Shown here one piece after another: positions 48,928 to 60,908 of a DNA stretch of 64,000 bases; position 1 is the stretch's first letter, and the number at the start of each line of letters is the position of its first letter. The notes below the pieces were generated by a model. It ran no database searches, was not told the DNA's origin, and saw only the letters and a program-made list of their open reading frames with translations. The position numbers and the translations under genes are program-made. Location: positions 15,500,142 through 15,564,141 of the forward strand of contig CAJINV010000001.1 in the NCBI GenBank assembly GCA_905178155.1. Direction: 5' to 3'. This DNA is from Amoebophrya sp. A120. Its lineage: Eukaryota; Protista; Dinoflagellata.

Positions 48928-49809
48928 AAATTTGGGACGATTTTTCATGACACCCGGTTCATTTCTTCAATTTGAATTTCTCTGACGAGCAGTTCCTTGC
49001 GTTTCGACTCAACGTGTTGATGTACTTAGAAGCATCGCTGTTTCGTTCTACTTTTCCGTATCACAACTACATCACAAGTGGAAATGTTTCCGAGTGACTT
49101 TCTCCATGTTGCACTTGCAGTTGAATTCTTTTCATCTCAAACAATCGGATTTTGAAAAATTTAAATAGCCGAGTTTCCAAAAAGGTTTAAGGTCAAACAG
49201 TCCGAAAGGTTCATCTCTTGCCGAAGAGGACAAAGAAAATGAAGCCGATAGTATACGTTCTTGTATGATCATACCGATAGCGATACGACATGCAATACAC
49301 TTCTTCAATGCCATATCAAGAGCATTTCTTTACAAAATCTACATGTGGGAAGACATAGCACGACACAAGGAACATGAAATACTCCTAAGTCTAGACAAAT
49401 ACACAAGTAAGGATGTTTCTTTGATTCGAAACCGCTTGCCAAATGGTAGCGACACGTTTTGGAAGATGTCACTGTATCAAATGAGGCATCGTTGTCGTTG
49501 AAGAGTCTGTCAAGGGCTTCATCTTTATCCACATTCGCATTGCTTTGTTCCCCTGTTTTTGCTCGGTACCTGTTTTTGTACATCTAGCCACGAGAGAATT
49601 TTCATTTTTCGTTTCTCGTTCCCGTTTAAAGGCATCTCATAAAAAATGTGCCTTATGTTCTTGCAGAGGTGCTGTGCGTGTGCTTGTTGTGACGTAGGCA
49701 GCTGAAGATCTTTGGTCTTTTACTTTTTCGCCTCTCGTTTTTTCGCTTCTCGTTTTATTTCGTTTTGTATACGATGTTCAACTTTCCTCGTCACGTTGGG
49801 ATAATTCCC

Positions 49810-52081
49810 ATGGCACAAAGGCTCGACGCCGGTCGTCCTGAGTCGAGGCCCACGCCCTCGTCCTCGTCGTCTTCGTCGTCGGCACCGAGATGCGATGAAA
49901 ACCGTGCAGAAAAACGGCCCCACACTTTCCGCTTCGCCGTCCGTGGATCTTCACCTAGATGTACGACGACGGACAAGACGAGCGCATTCCTTTTCACGAC
50001 AAGAGCCATCAATTACCTGTGGTGGAAAAATCGTAACCTCGTCCGCGCAGAGGAGCTTCTGCAGCTGAAGCACGACGGTAGCCTCAGCAAACCTCCCGGT
50101 GTAGACAATAAACCGCAGATAAAGCGTAAGTCCAGCGGAGACCACCGCACCAGTGGCAATCTTCGGAGACGCGCGACCCGAGGCGGCACCGGGCCATACA
50201 GTTTCACGGAGAACGAAGGGCGTTTGCACGTCGCCACCGTGGCCGCAAATAGTCCGTCGGAAGACACGTACTCGTTGGAGGAACGAGACGGCGTAACGCT
50301 CGCCTCCGTCCTGGATGGCCACGGAGGCCCACAGGTCGCGCATTTCGCCTCGGAGAATCTCATAAAACTGTTTTTCCGCAACGTCACCGGCGGAAACAAG
50401 GGGAAAACGAGTTCCTCCTGGTTCGGCGGTACTAGCAGTAACGCGGCACAACTCCCGGGCACGAAAGTTGCCAAAACGGTTGACGACGTCGCGCAGAGCC
50501 TAGTGGATGCGTATCGCGAAGTCGACGAAATGTGCTGGGACCGGTGCCAACCTTGCTGCGAGCTCGGCTTCCTCAACGTGGCGCGAGTGGGCTCCTGCGC
50601 CGTCTCCGCTGTGGTATGGAAGGATCCGGCAGCGGCGAATAAACCGACCGGAGGCTCCTCGAGTGCTGCAACTTCACCGCGGAGGAGCGTGGTTGTCGCA
50701 AACGTGGGCGACTGTCGCTGCATGCTAGGGCGGACAAGCAGGAAAGGGAGAAATAACACCACAGACGCGGCTTTGTCAACAACTTCCCCGAAGTTGCGGT
50801 TTGTTCCGTCGTCCCGTCTGAACAAGGATTACAATCGCTTAATGTCGGACATGACTACCAGACCTCCGAACGGGGCTACGTCCGGAACTACAGCTAGCGC
50901 TTCCGCTCCACCTTCGCCCGCCAGTCCAACAACTGACGCCCCTGCCACCACCAGCAGTGCGGGCGGGGTTCTGGAGGGTGTCACACTGACCACACTGCAC
51001 AACGTGAACGACCCGTTGTGCCGCGCCATCATGCGGCGCGACTTCCCCGAGGACCCGGATATCGTGCAGTGCATCCAGGGCTGGCAGGACCAGGTGACCG
51101 GGAATTTTTCGAGGTTGCGTCCCTTGGACAATTTCAACATGGCGCAGCTCCGCCCGAGAATGTTCAACAACGAGCAAACCGACACGGATTCCGCGGACGA
51201 TCATGACCCCGGGGTGCAGACCCAGAGCATCGGCGCGGCGCTGGGCGCCTCCGCGTTCGGGGCGTCGGGGGCCAACAGCCGGTGGCAGCCGGCGGAATTC
51301 AGCTGCTACGTCAAGGGGTGCTTGCAGCCCACGCGGAGTTTCGGCGATTTCTACCTGAAGCGCCGCAGCGCGACCTTTGACCCGGTCACGCGGTTGCCGT
51401 TGGTGCACAGCCCGAGGCACCTGCCCTACATTAGTGCGGAGCCCGACGTGCGAATTTATGAAGGTGTGGTTGGACGATGATCAAACTCAAAGCTACAACT
51501 TGAAGTTTGCTCTTGGTCTAGTTTTTGCAATTCTTATTTTTTAGATTTTATCGCTAATCATCATCATCAAAGCCGTTGCCGTGCTCATGTTTGTAGCCTT
51601 GTTGGTGCACCACTTGGAAATGCGCATCGACTCCTTTCTCGAATTCGACCGCATGTGCAACACGACTGGGACAAGAACGCATCACGAAAAAACGTCTTTT
51701 TCGCCAGGTCTCACTTCAGACGACAAGTTTCTGGTTTTGGCATCCGATGGGCTGTGGGATTTCTTGACGGAGGAAGAAGTATTGGACACCCTGGAGCCCT
51801 ACTTCCTCCCTGATTCCAGTGGAGCCGTACAACTCAAGCCAAAGCGTGCGGACAAGAACAGCAGCCGATCCGAAGAGGAGAAAGACGCTTCCTCGGACGA
51901 CAACAGCGAAGATACGGCCGCCAATAAAGATGTGAACTTCGCCCAGTTACTTCTGGATCGGCTTCTCGAGCGGATCTCCCGAGAAAACAGTCTCGGCTCC
52001 CCTTCCCAGCTGCGCCAGGTTCCGCCAAACGCGCGGAGGAAAATGTTTGATGACACAACCGTAGTGGTGATTGTCCTCTAG
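49810..52081 (+). CDS. PP2C-family protein phosphatase (PDP-like)
   Basis: VLDGHGG, VANVGDCR, LQPTRSFGDFYLK, PYISAEPDV, FLVLASDGLWD and DDTTVVVIVL. One GT-AG intron (~51464-51708). Confidence 0.9.
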
Positions 52082-52598
52082 AAGATGAAAAAATAAGCGG
52101 CTGCCTACAACTTGAACTTGTGAATGAGAGCATGTGGAGGTCGAGGTAGCGATTGGGCTAAAGTTGTTAAAGTTACGATGTACAAAGTCTATGTCTATCT
52201 TCCACCTGGAAGTCTTCGTAGATGACATGTTGGACAGTGTCGTGGAGCTGATGTTCGGGTGCACCGAACTCCCAAGTTTTCCTGTCGTCTTGCCTTGTCG
52301 AAGGTCTCCTTCGTTTTCGCAACAAGACATAGCAGATTTGGTTTTGTTCTATCGTATCGGTATCCTCGCTAATAGTACAAGGACATCAAGATCGTCGCGC
52401 AAAGTCGTCATTGGTACTATCGAGAATTCGTCAATAAACCAATCGTTGAACAAATCTTCGTCCCCGCAACGTCTTCCCGGTCAGTGACACGACTGACATG
52501 TTCGATTGAATTTTTATCATGCATTCATTGCGCCAAAAAATTTAGAGTTTTACTACTTTCAGTTTCGTTTGAAATTCCGTACAACAGATTCATCCACG

Positions 52599-53786
52599 AT
52601 GAAATACAGCACTAGCAACACCATTATGAGTGGCTCTTCGCCGTCAGCTCCCTCGTCGTCCTCCATGAACTGCTCCTTTCTGAGTATTGGAATGGACAAT
52701 TTCCTCGGCCAGGACGGCCATTCGCTGGGACGCAAGGTGCTCGGCAAGCGGTTTCGGTTCGAGAAGGCGGGGATCGGAAATTTTCTCCAGTTTGCAAGGG
52801 AAAAGCGGGTGACAAAAATCGAGGACTACTTGCGCATATCTAGGAAAGAACACCCATCCCCAACATCTTCCATGTTTTGCATGGCAAGCACTGCAACTTA
52901 TGCCTGTACTGCATATACAAATTGCAATACATAGGATGGAGATGGGTGTTTGTTTTCCTGAATAGCGCAGGATGAACGACGACGAGCTGTACGTGTGCGA
53001 CGCGCGGGACGACAAAACGCTTTTTCAGCACGGGAAGTGCGCCTACTTGGGCGATGTGAACGAGATTACGAAGCGTGCGTTTTTGCATATGAAAGCCTCA
53101 GAATGGAAATCCTCAAAGTGGAAATAATTTGCGATGCATGAAATGCGACGCAAAAAACCCTGTATTGCAGAGGACGCAATGGAGGCCGACTATAGTCCTG
53201 CTAGGGTTGAAGAATTTGGGTGCTGCTTAGCACGAGAGAACGGCACCCCTTTGCCTTAACCTGCATGACAGACATGCTTTAAGTGCCCGGGAAATTTGTC
53301 ATGCGCCGAATACAATGCCATTCCGTAGTAGCACAGTGTGTTTATGTCATGCGCCGACTACAAATGGCTGTTCAACTGGAGTCGTTTTTTTGCATTACAA
53401 ATTATTTTCACTTTGAGGATTTCCAACCTGAGGCTTTCATATTGCAACAACCGTCGGCGGCGAAATATTCCTTCACGACCGCGGCGCAGCGGTGGGACGC
53501 GAGTCGCGACATCTGGACGGCGAAAAACGCGCCCTACGTTGCGATCCCCAGCATCTCGGTGGACTCCATCGACCTGGCGCGCATACGCAATGTGCCGACC
53601 AAGTTGATGACCACCGAATATGGGCAAGCGGAGGGCTACTACCCTCTCGGAATGCCGCCGGACCACGGGCACTTTGTGCCGCCGGTGGACTCAGCGAACG
53701 GGCTTGAAGACTTCGAAGCGGAAAGCGGGGACGCGCCGATGGCTGCAACGACCGCGGCCGTTGGCGGGATGCAGAAGTTTCTGTGA
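52599..53786 (+). CDS. Hypothetical protein split by two introners
   Basis: Continuous frame IEDYLR-RMNDDELYVC...KRAFL-QQPSAAKY after removing 52837-52964 and 53088-53441 (+5 nt each). Confidence 0.7.
52837..52964. mobile_element. TAT..ATA introner, short (128 bp)
   Basis: TIR TATCTAGGAAAGAACACCCATC / GATGGGTGTTTGTTTTCCTGAATA. Perfect TSD GCGCA. Confidence 0.9.
53088..53441. mobile_element. TAT..ATA introner
   Basis: ~50-bp TIR TATGAAAGCCTCAG..TGGAAATCCTCAAAGTG.AAATAATTTG. Perfect TSD TTGCA. Confidence 0.93.
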
Positions 53787-54199
53787 AACAAATTGCCGGT
53801 CGTGGTGCAGCTGCACAAAGGCGAGCACAGACAAGAGACCACGAAAGAAGGAACGCTAAAGCGTTTATGGCGGAAAATGAAATGCGAGTGCGCCGTGGTC
53901 GTCCTCGTGGTTGTTTCGAACGTCATTCAGAATCAGTAGATCAGCACCAGCAACAAAGCTACTTAGCACGAGCTTATAGCAATGTTTACACGGCACGGGC
54001 ACAACATACTTCTGACAGATGTCGTTGCTGTTGTTCTTCCCTGTCACCGTAGGATTATCGACTTCTCAATATAACAAGCACCAGTCGTGATGTCGGTGTT
54101 CTTTCTTATTGTTATGGTGCCAGAATTGTGGCATTGAAGCAGCAGGAGCGCCTCGCGTTCAATCACAATCCTTACGAATTTCATTTGAGGTAAGTAGAC

Positions 54200-54844
54200 G
54201 TGAGCTCTACAACAACTCCAGTTGCTCTTCCTCTATCTTTGGCTATCTCGAAAAAGATGGATATCCTCGGAATTCTAGTTCTTCTCATGTTTCTCGTGGT
54301 CACGTTGGCGTTCATAGGGTGCTGTCTCGTTTGCGGCTGTTGCTGTTTCAGCAACGACGCCGCCATTCCTCTGACTATCCTCCGGCATCGCGCAGCAGGA
54401 GGAAGCACAGACAAACCAACAAGAACAATAAACCACCCAGACGGGGGCACCACGGACGGTCAAGAGGTGAAGCTTTCCGGCGCGGCAGCCAGAGTATTGA
54501 AGGAGCTGGACCTTATTCCAGCTGGCATCGAGGTGGAGCCACGGCGAAAAAATAGCAAAGGGAGAAAGCAGTCTGGAAGTAGCAGTCATTCGGGTCGTGG
54601 TGCACGAGGAAATAAAGCAAAGGATTTTGGCGCTTCGTCGTTGAGCAAAGGTGAGGAGAGCGACGAGGAACTGGACCAAATTTCTGTCGATGCAGTTCGC
54701 CCCGACAAGATCGTGTTCGAGGAAGCACCCCCAACGCGCAAGCCAAGACCACCAGGCGACTTGACTGTGTGGGCCGAAGAGTCTGCACCGCAACTGGCTT
54801 CGAACCAGAAAATGATGCGAGGTGGAGTCGTCGTTTCTATCTGA
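54200..54844 (+). CDS. Hypothetical single-pass membrane protein
   Basis: Hydrophobic ILGILVLLMFLVVTLAFIG followed by a Cys cluster. Confidence 0.5.
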   Translation: MSSTTTPVALPLSLAISKKMDILGILVLLMFLVVTLAFIGCCLVCGCCCFSNDAAIPLTILRHRAAGGSTDKPTRTINHPDGGTTDGQEVKLSGAAARVLKELDLIPAGIEVEPRRKNSKGRKQSGSSSHSGRGARGNKAKDFGASSLSKGEESDEELDQISVDAVRPDKIVFEEAPPTRKPRPPGDLTVWAEESAPQLASNQKMMRGGVVVSI

Positions 54845-55495
54845 AATTGAAGAAAAATATGATCTGAAGAAAGTACCCGAAAATGTGTAACTACGATCGA
54901 CCCAATCCCATCCAAACAAGCATGGAAAGCAAGCTTAGATGCCACATTTTGAAGTTCACCCGCGCTTCGATCAACAACTGTTTTTGGGGACTTGACGCAG
55001 AGCAAGCCCAAGCAATTATTGTTTCGAGGATCAATTCAAGAACTTCTATGTATTGCGGAAGACGAGCAGCAGTGTACTTAAGATGATAAGAACGCTCTAA
55101 CCGCGGCTTTCCGTCGCAGTGGCAGTGATCATCTCAATGGATCTGATACGTATAAAGCAAAGAGTGCCGGGCGTGCGCTCAGGCGCACGAGATCATCATT
55201 ACTACTCAAACAATACTGATTTACTACCTCCTTGAATGACCTGATTCTTTGCCGTTATCAATTTTTGAAACGCTTTGCTTTGAAATCGGAGCGCAGAACC
55301 ACCAACAGGAGCGGACTCACGTGAAAGGCGCTTTCATCTGTAGCTTTTTTGTCTTTCGAGATACTTCAAGTTAAATCTATCGAGAAAGCGAAGAGAAAGT
55401 AGAGTTTTTTTGCTCGTGGGGCTTTTACAATCACCTATTTGTAGTTCTTCGCTTTTGCTGATAAAGGAAAGCCAAGCTGGACAGCACCAGAAAGC

Positions 55496-56062
55496 ATGTT
55501 GCTCCCAAGAGCTGCCTTGATGAAAAAAATGTTGTCCGTAGCTTTCCTGATCGGTGGCACGCCAGGTACTCTTTTTAGCAACGTAAGTGCCGTACGCGTG
55601 CTACGCAGCAACACCGCACACGACGAGTCCAGTTCCCTTGTCCAGTGCGGGACCAAATGCTGCTTGTGCGGTGTCGCAGTCGGTTGCATGGCATGCTGCA
55701 CACTGCCTAGCTCTGCCACCGTTGCCACTTCGGAGCCCGCTCTTGCACTAGGGAGTATTTCAAAGCTGGTCGGAGCAGGGGCGACCGCGTGTGCGAATGT
55801 AGTGACCGCCGCGGGTAACACAGCCGCTTGGGCGATTGAGCACCCCGGAGCTGTGTGCTGCTGCATTGCTGCGCCCATAGCCGCAGTGACGTGCTGCATG
55901 AAGCCGGGGGATAAGATGGCCGTGGATGTCGATGCGGGTGGGCTGGGTCGTCTGCAGGCGTGTACTTCGATCTGCGGCTACTCAGGACAACGCACCACAC
56001 TCTTCCGCCGTCAGAAGCAAAACTCAGGAAGCCCAATGCTGCTCGACGGAAGTGATAAGTGA
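55496..56062 (+). CDS. Hypothetical Cys-rich, possibly secreted protein
   Basis: 188-aa ORF with a hydrophobic N-terminus and repeated CC motifs. Confidence 0.45.
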   Translation: MLLPRAALMKKMLSVAFLIGGTPGTLFSNVSAVRVLRSNTAHDESSSLVQCGTKCCLCGVAVGCMACCTLPSSATVATSEPALALGSISKLVGAGATACANVVTAAGNTAAWAIEHPGAVCCCIAAPIAAVTCCMKPGDKMAVDVDAGGLGRLQACTSICGYSGQRTTLFRRQKQNSGSPMLLDGSDK

Positions 56063-57022
56063 GAGACCGCCAACACGCCCGTTGCGATCGCGCTCGTCTA
56101 TCTATCAGGAACGTCATTGATTGCATAGGAAAAGGAATTGAGGATGTTCGTCGATGCTGTGAGTGTCGATACTTATTTGATTAGAATGACTCTGACACGT
56201 CGTGAGCGTGACACTGAGAGTCAGATTTCACGATGCACACACACATCCATGTTTTTTATACTGCTTTCACTCTTGTCTGGCCTAATATTTGCTGTAAGCC
56301 ACGGAAGCGTGAAGATCAAGAACAAGAAAGTGAAGACTGCTCCACCATCAAGGTTATCAATCTAACAGGACTTTTAGTTTCCATAATTTTGCAACAGAGA
56401 AGATGATGCAGAGAACCGAAATATTTTTCAACTCTGATTCTCAAATGCTCGTGGTAGGAGAAGCTGGGCACCTTCAACCACAATGAATCATCTGACGAAG
56501 AATTTTTCGCATTATGATGATGCCCGTACGCGTGCCAGTGATCGACGTTTTTTTTCTGGGTGCACATATTTTTCGTACACATCATGTTGAATAGGTTGTA
56601 TTTTGTACATGATTCCATAGCTTTCTTTTCTGACGGTACACGCAGAGAACAAGAATCAAGAATCACATCAAAGATATAAATCAAAAGACAAGAAAAGAAG
56701 CGAGCATGACAATCGACTCGCCTAGTGTGCCATCGGGGCGTCAATGCCAGATGTCATTTCATATCTCATTCTCATGTGTGCTGTTCGCGTGGTTTCAAAT
56801 AAAGCAAAAAATATCTGTCCGAGGACCTGTCTGTGTCCTTATGGGTACTATCGAAGACAGGACGCAGATCATCCGCTCCCCCACATTCAAACAATGAATC
56901 GTACCATTGCATCTTCCGCTTCCAAAGTCAAAGTGAATCTGTCTGCTCAAAACCACCTGTGTACAAAACAAAAGATGCACCGCTTGCGCTTGTCGTGACA
57001 TTCTCTTTCTCATGTTCTTCTA

Positions 57023-57454
57023 GTGGTATTCGTATTGGAAGACCGCGTTGTCGCAACACCCGAAATGCAGCATGCCTGTGAGATGGTCCAGGCATTGCTG
57101 AAGACGCAGCAGGCTATTGCGCGCACACCCTATAACGAGTTGTGTGTGCAGATCTTGAACGTTTTGCAAAAGCAGGGGCTCATTCGCGGTTTCACTGCAG
57201 AGGGCAATCGATTGAACATCCTGCTGAAGCACTACCAGGGCGGCCCGGTGATACGAAACGTTCGCGTGGTGAGTAAACCTAGTCGAGATATTTGGGTGCA
57301 TCCGCACGAGTTGAAATCCCACACGAGTTTCAACACCGGGCTCTGGCTGATACAAACGCCCTACGGAATCTTGTCCCACAGAGATTGCCTCGAGATGGGG
57401 ATTGGTGGAAAGGTGATATTTGCCTTCAATAATGGCTTTCAGCACTGGTGTTAG
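57023..57454 (+). CDS. rps8: Mitochondrial-type ribosomal protein S8 (start uncertain)
   Basis: QILNVLQKQGLIRGF, LLKHYQGGPVIRNVRVVSKPSRDIW and IQTPYGILSHRDCLEMGIGGKVIF match the uS8 signature. Confidence 0.85.
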   Translation: MVFVLEDRVVATPEMQHACEMVQALLKTQQAIARTPYNELCVQILNVLQKQGLIRGFTAEGNRLNILLKHYQGGPVIRNVRVVSKPSRDIWVHPHELKSHTSFNTGLWLIQTPYGILSHRDCLEMGIGGKVIFAFNNGFQHWC

Positions 57455-58035
57455 AAGCCAGAGGTGGTTAAGTAGCAAGCTGTGCAGCTGAATAAAGATA
57501 ATGATATTACCCTCGTAGTGGTACTCCATCGCGACCGTGGGAGGTACCATGATCACCACGTCGATCTCAGCGTCTTCAGGGCAGTGTTGCTGCTTGATGG
57601 GGTCTAAACATCCAAAACTGTTCCTCAAGCGAGTAAGTTACTATTTTGCCTGGTGTGCTGCCACCCTTGTAACCTTGAGCTTAACCCCCAGGCTATCGCT
57701 CTTGAGTGTTGCTATTTTGGCCTCTGAGTGAACGTCATTGTTGCTGTTCATGCAAGCATGGGAGCTGCTGATCAAGATCATTTCATGTGGTCTGGGCAAT
57801 AGTAATTCTAATTGCAACATGACGCAAACAAGCACAGGAGAGAAACAAGCTGAAGATAACACAAGCGCCACTACACCAGAACCTGAATCTGCAGTGTGAG
57901 CCTTGATGAGCTTGACACAGCTGCGACTGCTGCAGCGTAAAGATGTGACTCGTCCTCGTCCACCAACAACACCCTGCACAGAGACCACACAGCAGGCAAA
58001 GGTAAACCAGTAGCAGCGCCAGCGCCGGTAACACC

Positions 58036-58443
58036 ATGAGTGCAGCAGCGGCGAGTGGACAGGTATGCAGCACCGTCCCGGAGATCCGGGTGCTAGGTAT
58101 GGGCATCGGATTTTTCCTGTACCTGCTGTTGGTTCTGTTCACAATATCCGTGCTTGTCACCCACCACGACAAGTTCCGAATCGGGAAGCAACTTGGTTTG
58201 GCGCATCTGATCTTCCTCCTCCTCATCATTCTGCTACCAAAAAAGTCCACCGAAAAGGAGGAGTGCGGACCACGAACAGATTCGCAGGGTCTGCTGACGT
58301 TGGTAATGACGCTGATGCAGGCTGTTTTCTCGTGCTTGGCGATGCTGGGTGTGCATTTACAACTGTGGGGTAAACCCGTTTTGACCGTCTCGAAGGAAGA
58401 CCGCGCCACCGGGCACACCAGCGCAGACGGTGTCTTTTTCTGA
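58036..58443 (+). CDS. Small 3-TM protein, TMEM218-like
   Basis: VLGMGIGFFLYLLL start, second TM ending LLPK and a third TM. The pattern resembles ciliary TMEM218. Confidence 0.45.
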   Translation: MSAAAASGQVCSTVPEIRVLGMGIGFFLYLLLVLFTISVLVTHHDKFRIGKQLGLAHLIFLLLIILLPKKSTEKEECGPRTDSQGLLTLVMTLMQAVFSCLAMLGVHLQLWGKPVLTVSKEDRATGHTSADGVFF

Positions 58444-58991
58444 GCAGGAAGATTGAGGTGCTCTCAGAAATTGGACTTGATGTTGATCATGGTAAGGGAT
58501 ACCGCCACCGGTTGTTTGAAACGCCCTCGCGCATTCTTAGAATACGTTCTACGATAGTAGTGCAGCTCCTGGCTGCGCTTGCATCATTGATGGATGCAAT
58601 CGGTCAGTCTTCATTTGAGGAACAACATCATGCAGCAAACCAGCCATCCCCATTGCTATGACTGTCGGAGGATAGGTACGCCACAATCGCATCGTGCGCT
58701 GTCGCTAATATCGTGTTGAGGTCTACTCTGTGTCATTCTTTAAGATGACCCAAAAACGAAGTGGAAGTAGGAAGTGGGAATGATGATCTATCTGTTTCTG
58801 CTGCCGAGCTGTGTTTTGGGACTGTGAAAGCACTTTCTTTTTTTTGTGGCTCCTGATTTCCATTTCGATTTATGTTTATGTGTTTTTACCTTCGATCTTT
58901 TCCTCCTAGTAATTAAGTCACAGTCCGCTCTCATGGGATCAACCGAGCTTGTCAACGGGGGCACGAGGACCTGTCGCATTTTTTAAAGATC

Positions 58992-60908
58992 TTGTACGTT
59001 GTTCCTTCTTGCGCAATTTCAATCATCACAGAGAGAATGTTGAACGCCCGAGCACCATCGCACTCCCACTCTTCAACGGGAGCCGGAGCCTGGTCACTCC
59101 GCTTTGGCCAAAGGCAGGGACTGTTAATGAGACTGCTGGCCGCCTCCCTTTTCTACTACAACGAAGTAGCCACGAAGGTGGTTTTTGCCGAGGTCCACCG
59201 TATGCAGATTGCGGAGGACTGGATCAATCCAGACTTACATTTTCGCCACCTCTACGGGGTGTCGAAGGACTACGATGCGGAGATTGAAAAGTTGGACTGC
59301 CAAAGCCTGAAATCCATGATTTTGACGAACCACGAACTGCTGGAGATCCACAGCAACGCCGTGAACGCGGACGGTAGCTTCAACGTCGTTTTGCTCGACA
59401 ACGATCAGGTCAGTGGCTGGGTAGACGTGGAACCGCTTTTGGAAGGATGTAGTGCCTTGCAGAAGTTGTACCAGCTGGCCACTGTAGGAACGAAAGTGTG
59501 TAGAAGAAGTAGAAGAACCAGGAGGAGTACAAATCCTGACCACTCTGTAGCCGCAGCGCGAAGAACTGAGATGTGGTCTTCACAACCGCTGCAGATCCTG
59601 CAACGAGAGCTGAGCTGTGCGACATTTCAACGTACTAGCAGCTCCTCGAAGAGTACTAGCCAAACTGGTACTCCTTTCGACGATGTGGTATCTCTCGTTG
59701 AAAGCCAGTTGCGTAAAGACCCAGCTGCATTTGCTCTAGAAGCGGAGCCTGGAGATATTCTCCCCGAGGTCGAAGCGCGGTCCGTTTACCGAGGAAAAAG
59801 CTCCCTGGACGTTAAGCGGGAATCCCTAACCCACGCGCTGGAGCTTTTGCAAGCTTTCAGAACCGATCCAGGAGCAGCGAAATGGACACTGGGTCCGCGG
59901 TTTCACAGAAGGTTCGGTAGAGTTTTGAGAAAAGTCGGCCAGGAAGTAGCTACAGACGACGTTGAAGAGGACCACGAAAAAAGCCCTGAAGGGCTAGATC
60001 CGTCTCTCTCTTGGTACCTCCTTCGGAACTTCGCCATCCAGGCCCTGGCCCTGTATCTCGACCGGGTGACGCAGCACGTGACCTTAAAGTCGTTGCCCTT
60101 TTTCAATCTGGGCGCCGATCTGAATCTCGGATTTCTCTTCCACAAAGTGAACATGAAGTACGAGCACGGCGTGTTTGGCTTTCGCTTCGACGTCATTTTC
60201 TGGCTCGCGGAGCAGCAATTGCTGCGGAAACTTGAAGCCGCTGCGGCACAGAACAAAGATACAACAGCTGATGGCGCGTCAGCGCAGTTTGATGCGGAGA
60301 AAGCACGAAGGCAACTGTACTCCAGCGCAACAGACGAAAGTCATTTTCTGGGAGGTGCTTCAACAAGTGACCAACTGCGAAGACCGAAACTCCGCATTGC
60401 CGAGGTTGGAGTAGAGAAAGGCGAGACGGTGCGTTACGTGTTGCAGAAGCTCGGGAAATGGATCGAGTACTACGCTGTCATCGACCCGTACTACATGGAA
60501 GGGAAGCCAACTTTGGACGATGTGCTGGAGTACTACAGCCAAAATGTCACGGAGGTGTGTGAAAGCCACAACCTGCTTCACAACAACTCCGCCTGCGTAA
60601 CGCATAGAGTGAACTCCTTGGACTTCAGGATCGACGAAAAACACCGACTGGAATCTTTCGAACAAGATGATGACCTGTTTGACGTGATTTTCCTGGACGC
60701 CGACCACAGCTACCACTCGGTGACGCAGGACGTAGGTTTCTACGCCAATTTGGTACGGAAAGGGGGAGTGTTAGCTGGGCACGACTTCTCGAAAGACCAC
60801 CTACAGGTGGTGCTCGCCGTTCTGGTGCACTTCGCACAGTTGGAGGAACCCGTAACGCTACACATAGGAATGGAAACTGTCTGGTTTGTGTATCGGGAAA
60901 CATGGTGA
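58992..60908 (+). CDS. Class I SAM-dependent methyltransferase (Methyltransf_24-like)
   Basis: IAEVGVEKGET and FDVIFLDADHSYHSVTQDVGFYANLVRKGGVLAGHDF. Confidence 0.8.
   Translation: MYVVPSCAISIITERMLNARAPSHSHSSTGAGAWSLRFGQRQGLLMRLLAASLFYYNEVATKVVFAEVHRMQIAEDWINPDLHFRHLYGVSKDYDAEIEKLDCQSLKSMILTNHELLEIHSNAVNADGSFNVVLLDNDQVSGWVDVEPLLEGCSALQKLYQLATVGTKVCRRSRRTRRSTNPDHSVAAARRTEMWSSQPLQILQRELSCATFQRTSSSSKSTSQTGTPFDDVVSLVESQLRKDPAAFALEAEPGDILPEVEARSVYRGKSSLDVKRESLTHALELLQAFRTDPGAAKWTLGPRFHRRFGRVLRKVGQEVATDDVEEDHEKSPEGLDPSLSWYLLRNFAIQALALYLDRVTQHVTLKSLPFFNLGADLNLGFLFHKVNMKYEHGVFGFRFDVIFWLAEQQLLRKLEAAAAQNKDTTADGASAQFDAEKARRQLYSSATDESHFLGGASTSDQLRRPKLRIAEVGVEKGETVRYVLQKLGKWIEYYAVIDPYYMEGKPTLDDVLEYYSQNVTEVCESHNLLHNNSACVTHRVNSLDFRIDEKHRLESFEQDDDLFDVIFLDADHSYHSVTQDVGFYANLVRKGGVLAGHDFSKDHLQVVLAVLVHFAQLEEPVTLHIGMETVWFVYRETW

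Noticed and set aside
8910-53441. Paramecium-type TA-bounded IES excision leaving one TA
   Set aside because: Leaving one TA does not restore the frames; element+5 (or +2) is required. DNA-level excision by some other rule is not excluded.
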